IMG/VR virus record: IMGVR_UViG_3300033463_000015
Reading direction: 5' to 3' (one strand)
Origin: a virus
Lineage: Duplodnaviria > Caudoviricetes
DNA: 64,000 bases
The number at the start of each line of letters is the position of its first letter. Positions within the stretch are counted from its first letter, which is position 1. The position numbers were made by a program, and so were the translations under genes. The notes below the pieces were generated by a model that made no database searches, was not told the origin of the DNA, and saw nothing but the letters and a program-made list of their open reading frames with translations. Shown here one piece after another: positions 61,801 through 64,000 of the stretch.

Positions 61801-64000
61801 AAGCCTAACTAATTTTTAAGCCCTCTGAAGTACGAGTAAAATCAATATCAATTCCTAAACTAGTAGCCCATTCTTGTAATTGCTAAGCGTCGGTATTTTT
61901 AAGACTTCCTGTAATACCGTTCTTAATTAAATTTGCTAAATTTTGTAAATAATCACTAATACTATCAGCAATTTGTGCTAAATCAGAACTAATTATACTA
62001 CCACTACTTTCTGCTAAATGACCAATATATGCAAGAAGTTGTGGAATCTTTGCTTCATTACCTATAGTAAGAATCCCGTTGACTAAAGTTGCGCCATACT
62101 GCTCAAATAACTATGTACTAGTATCATCTAATGCATTACTTAAATAAGTTAAATTAATTCTATCTCCAGCATGTGCTTCAGCAATAGACTATATTTCACT
62201 AGTAATATTATGAGACATTTGCTAATCTAATTCAATTAACGAATCTACATATTGAGAATATGCTTCTAAATACGCTTCACCGCCACGCTCCCATCCCATA
62301 TGTCTAGCAAAAGCTTCAAAATCAGTAATACGTACAGTACCATTCCCTAATGAAGTAATACCATATTCTAACGAATCTCGCATAGCGTCTTCTAAACTAA
62401 TATTATACTACGCTAACAATGTACCAAGTTCATCATAACTCATACCCATAGCATTATTAAGAGTACTAATAGCATCAATATTAGTTTGATCACGAGCAGT
62501 TAACATCGAAGCAAAGACACTATTAAGTTGTGCAGTGGTAGCTTCACCAGTCGCTTCCATCTCACGATAAATACGAAGATAAACATCCACTAAATTTGTC
62601 ATTCTTGTAACGACTGCGGTACCGTCACCGAGTTCATGAACCTCTCCACCCGCGGCCCGAAGAATACGAATTAAATCACCAGTAATAATAGATCCAACTG
62701 TCATTTCAGTAACTTGTTCAATAGCGCTTTGTAAACGATTTACTTGTGCTAAATATGCGGCTTGAATTTCTTCAGAAGTAATATTTTCTTCACCTTTTAA
62801 TTCTTTTAAAGCTTCAATCGCAGCCTTTCCGCCCTGAGAAAGCACATTCATAAAGTAATTAACAACTTGTTCATTTATTTGAGTTAGATCTTCACCACTA
62901 ATACCAATTCTTTTCGCAATATCCTATTTTGTAGTATCATCTAATAAGTCATACCAGTTACTAATAGCGTTCATTAACGATCTAGATGATTGAGATCTTG
63001 CACTAATATCATTACTAGTTAAAAATGAAGTAACATCCATTGCGCTACTAATCATCTGTTGACGTTGATCGTCTATATATGCATTAATAACACTATTTGA
63101 TAAACCTAATCTTTGTAATATAAATCTACGTTGTTCTAAATATCCATTAAGTACATCAGCATTTAGTGTAAAATTTTGTAAATCAGTATCATAGTTAAAA
63201 TTAGATAAACTAATCTCTTCCTATCCTTCTATTAAATTTCGATTATAATCTTCAATAAACTTCTAAATTTCTGACATATTAGAAGTCCCAGAAAATACTA
63301 ATTCTAATCCAGTATTAATAGCCTATAATGCTGCATCCTAAACAGAAGCAACATTTTCAATAATAGTGTTAATAATATCATTTTTAGCATCGTCACTAAT
63401 ATCAGATCCACGAATTGTACTAATCAATTGATCAACATCTAATCGGCCTGCAAAAAGACCACCTAAAAGTTCTCCGTTAAGTGCTACACCGAGAGAACTT
63501 AATGAATCCTATAAAGTATTCACAAATGTACTAATTGTATCTGCTGTCGCGGTTCCACTAAGAATATTTTCCCATTTTAAACCTGTAATAGAAGCAATTA
63601 AGACACTTTCTGCTTTTATCATTGCTTCATCAATCTAACGCTAAACATCTGCAGGAATATTACTTATACTACCATACTATCTAACTGCCTATTCAGTTAA
63701 CAAATCATAATAGTTTTGAAGCGTAATAATATAATGATCGCCTGCTTCAGTAAAATATTCATCAATTTGAGTCTAAGATAAGCCTAAATTAGTTAAATTA
63801 CTAGCTTTAAGTGAAGTAAGATTGCTACTTAATCCTAACCAATTATTAACTCGATTATTTATTTCAGTATCAATATTAGCAATGGTACTATTAACTTCAT
63901 CAAGAGTTAAACCATATTGATTATATAAGTCATTTGCGTTCATTTCACTTAATCCTTCATAAAAGCGACGCAATGAAGCTAAATAAGCGTTACGATTAGT
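55874..64000 (-). CDS. Tape measure protein (partial, >2700 aa; 5' end outside the window), TAG-recoded
   Basis: All fragments (56068, 58450, 59845, 61132, 61660, 62851, 63973) share one frame; helical repeats; GELGPEMVV and FSSGGLADYTGLAMVHGTP motifs; ends TAA 55874. Confidence 0.85.
59073..59137 (-). repeat. 21-nt tandem repeat x3 in TMP (ATDAVGD)
   Basis: GCGTCACCAACAGCGTCAGTA three times. Confidence 0.9.

Noticed and set aside
9017-64000. Mass pseudogenisation of PhoH, ClpP, RuvC and tail genes
   Set aside because: Breaks checked are exclusively in-frame TAG, with no frameshifts and intact motifs on both sides; recoding explains them

Overview
This window is an internal 64-kb segment of a large tailed-phage genome (siphovirus-like, with a very long tape measure). 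The host is probably an anaerobic Firmicute, inferred from sigmaA-type TTGAC-N16/17-TGnTATAAT promoters, AAGGAG Shine-Dalgarno sites, an HPr homolog and a class III RNR. The phage appears to read TAG as glutamine (code 15). Every in-frame break I checked in conserved genes is TAG, TAG sits at positions expected to be Gln (e.g. methylase ACEES*R and AIAE*WG; CP*C), and the true stops I traced are TAA or TGA. The supplied standard-code ORF track therefore fragments many genes, and I give reconstructed coordinates. Layout on the + strand: (1) a tRNA/ncRNA cluster at 1-3950, including a tRNA-Leu with a group I intron and a tRNA-Pro whose anticodon is interrupted by a nested anticodon-less mini-tRNA; (2) an RNA-repair set (PNK-like kinase, phosphoesterase, RNA ligase); (3) holin-like genes; (4) nucleotide-salvage genes, including two nucleobase permeases; (5) an iteron/AT-rich candidate origin; (6) a full replisome (type II topoisomerase, SSB, Sak4-like ATPase, DnaB, primase, RecJ, DnaE) with NrdH/D/G, dUTPase and RuvC. 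These converge at a bidirectional terminator (~48.5 kb) with a TAG-dense tail module on the - strand (tape measure >2700 aa, Dit-like, ~1900-aa Tal-like). The top novelty candidate is the tRNA-within-a-tRNA 'intron', which host tRNA-processing nucleases could excise and the phage RNA ligase could seal. All family assignments come from motif recognition by eye; no database searches were run.
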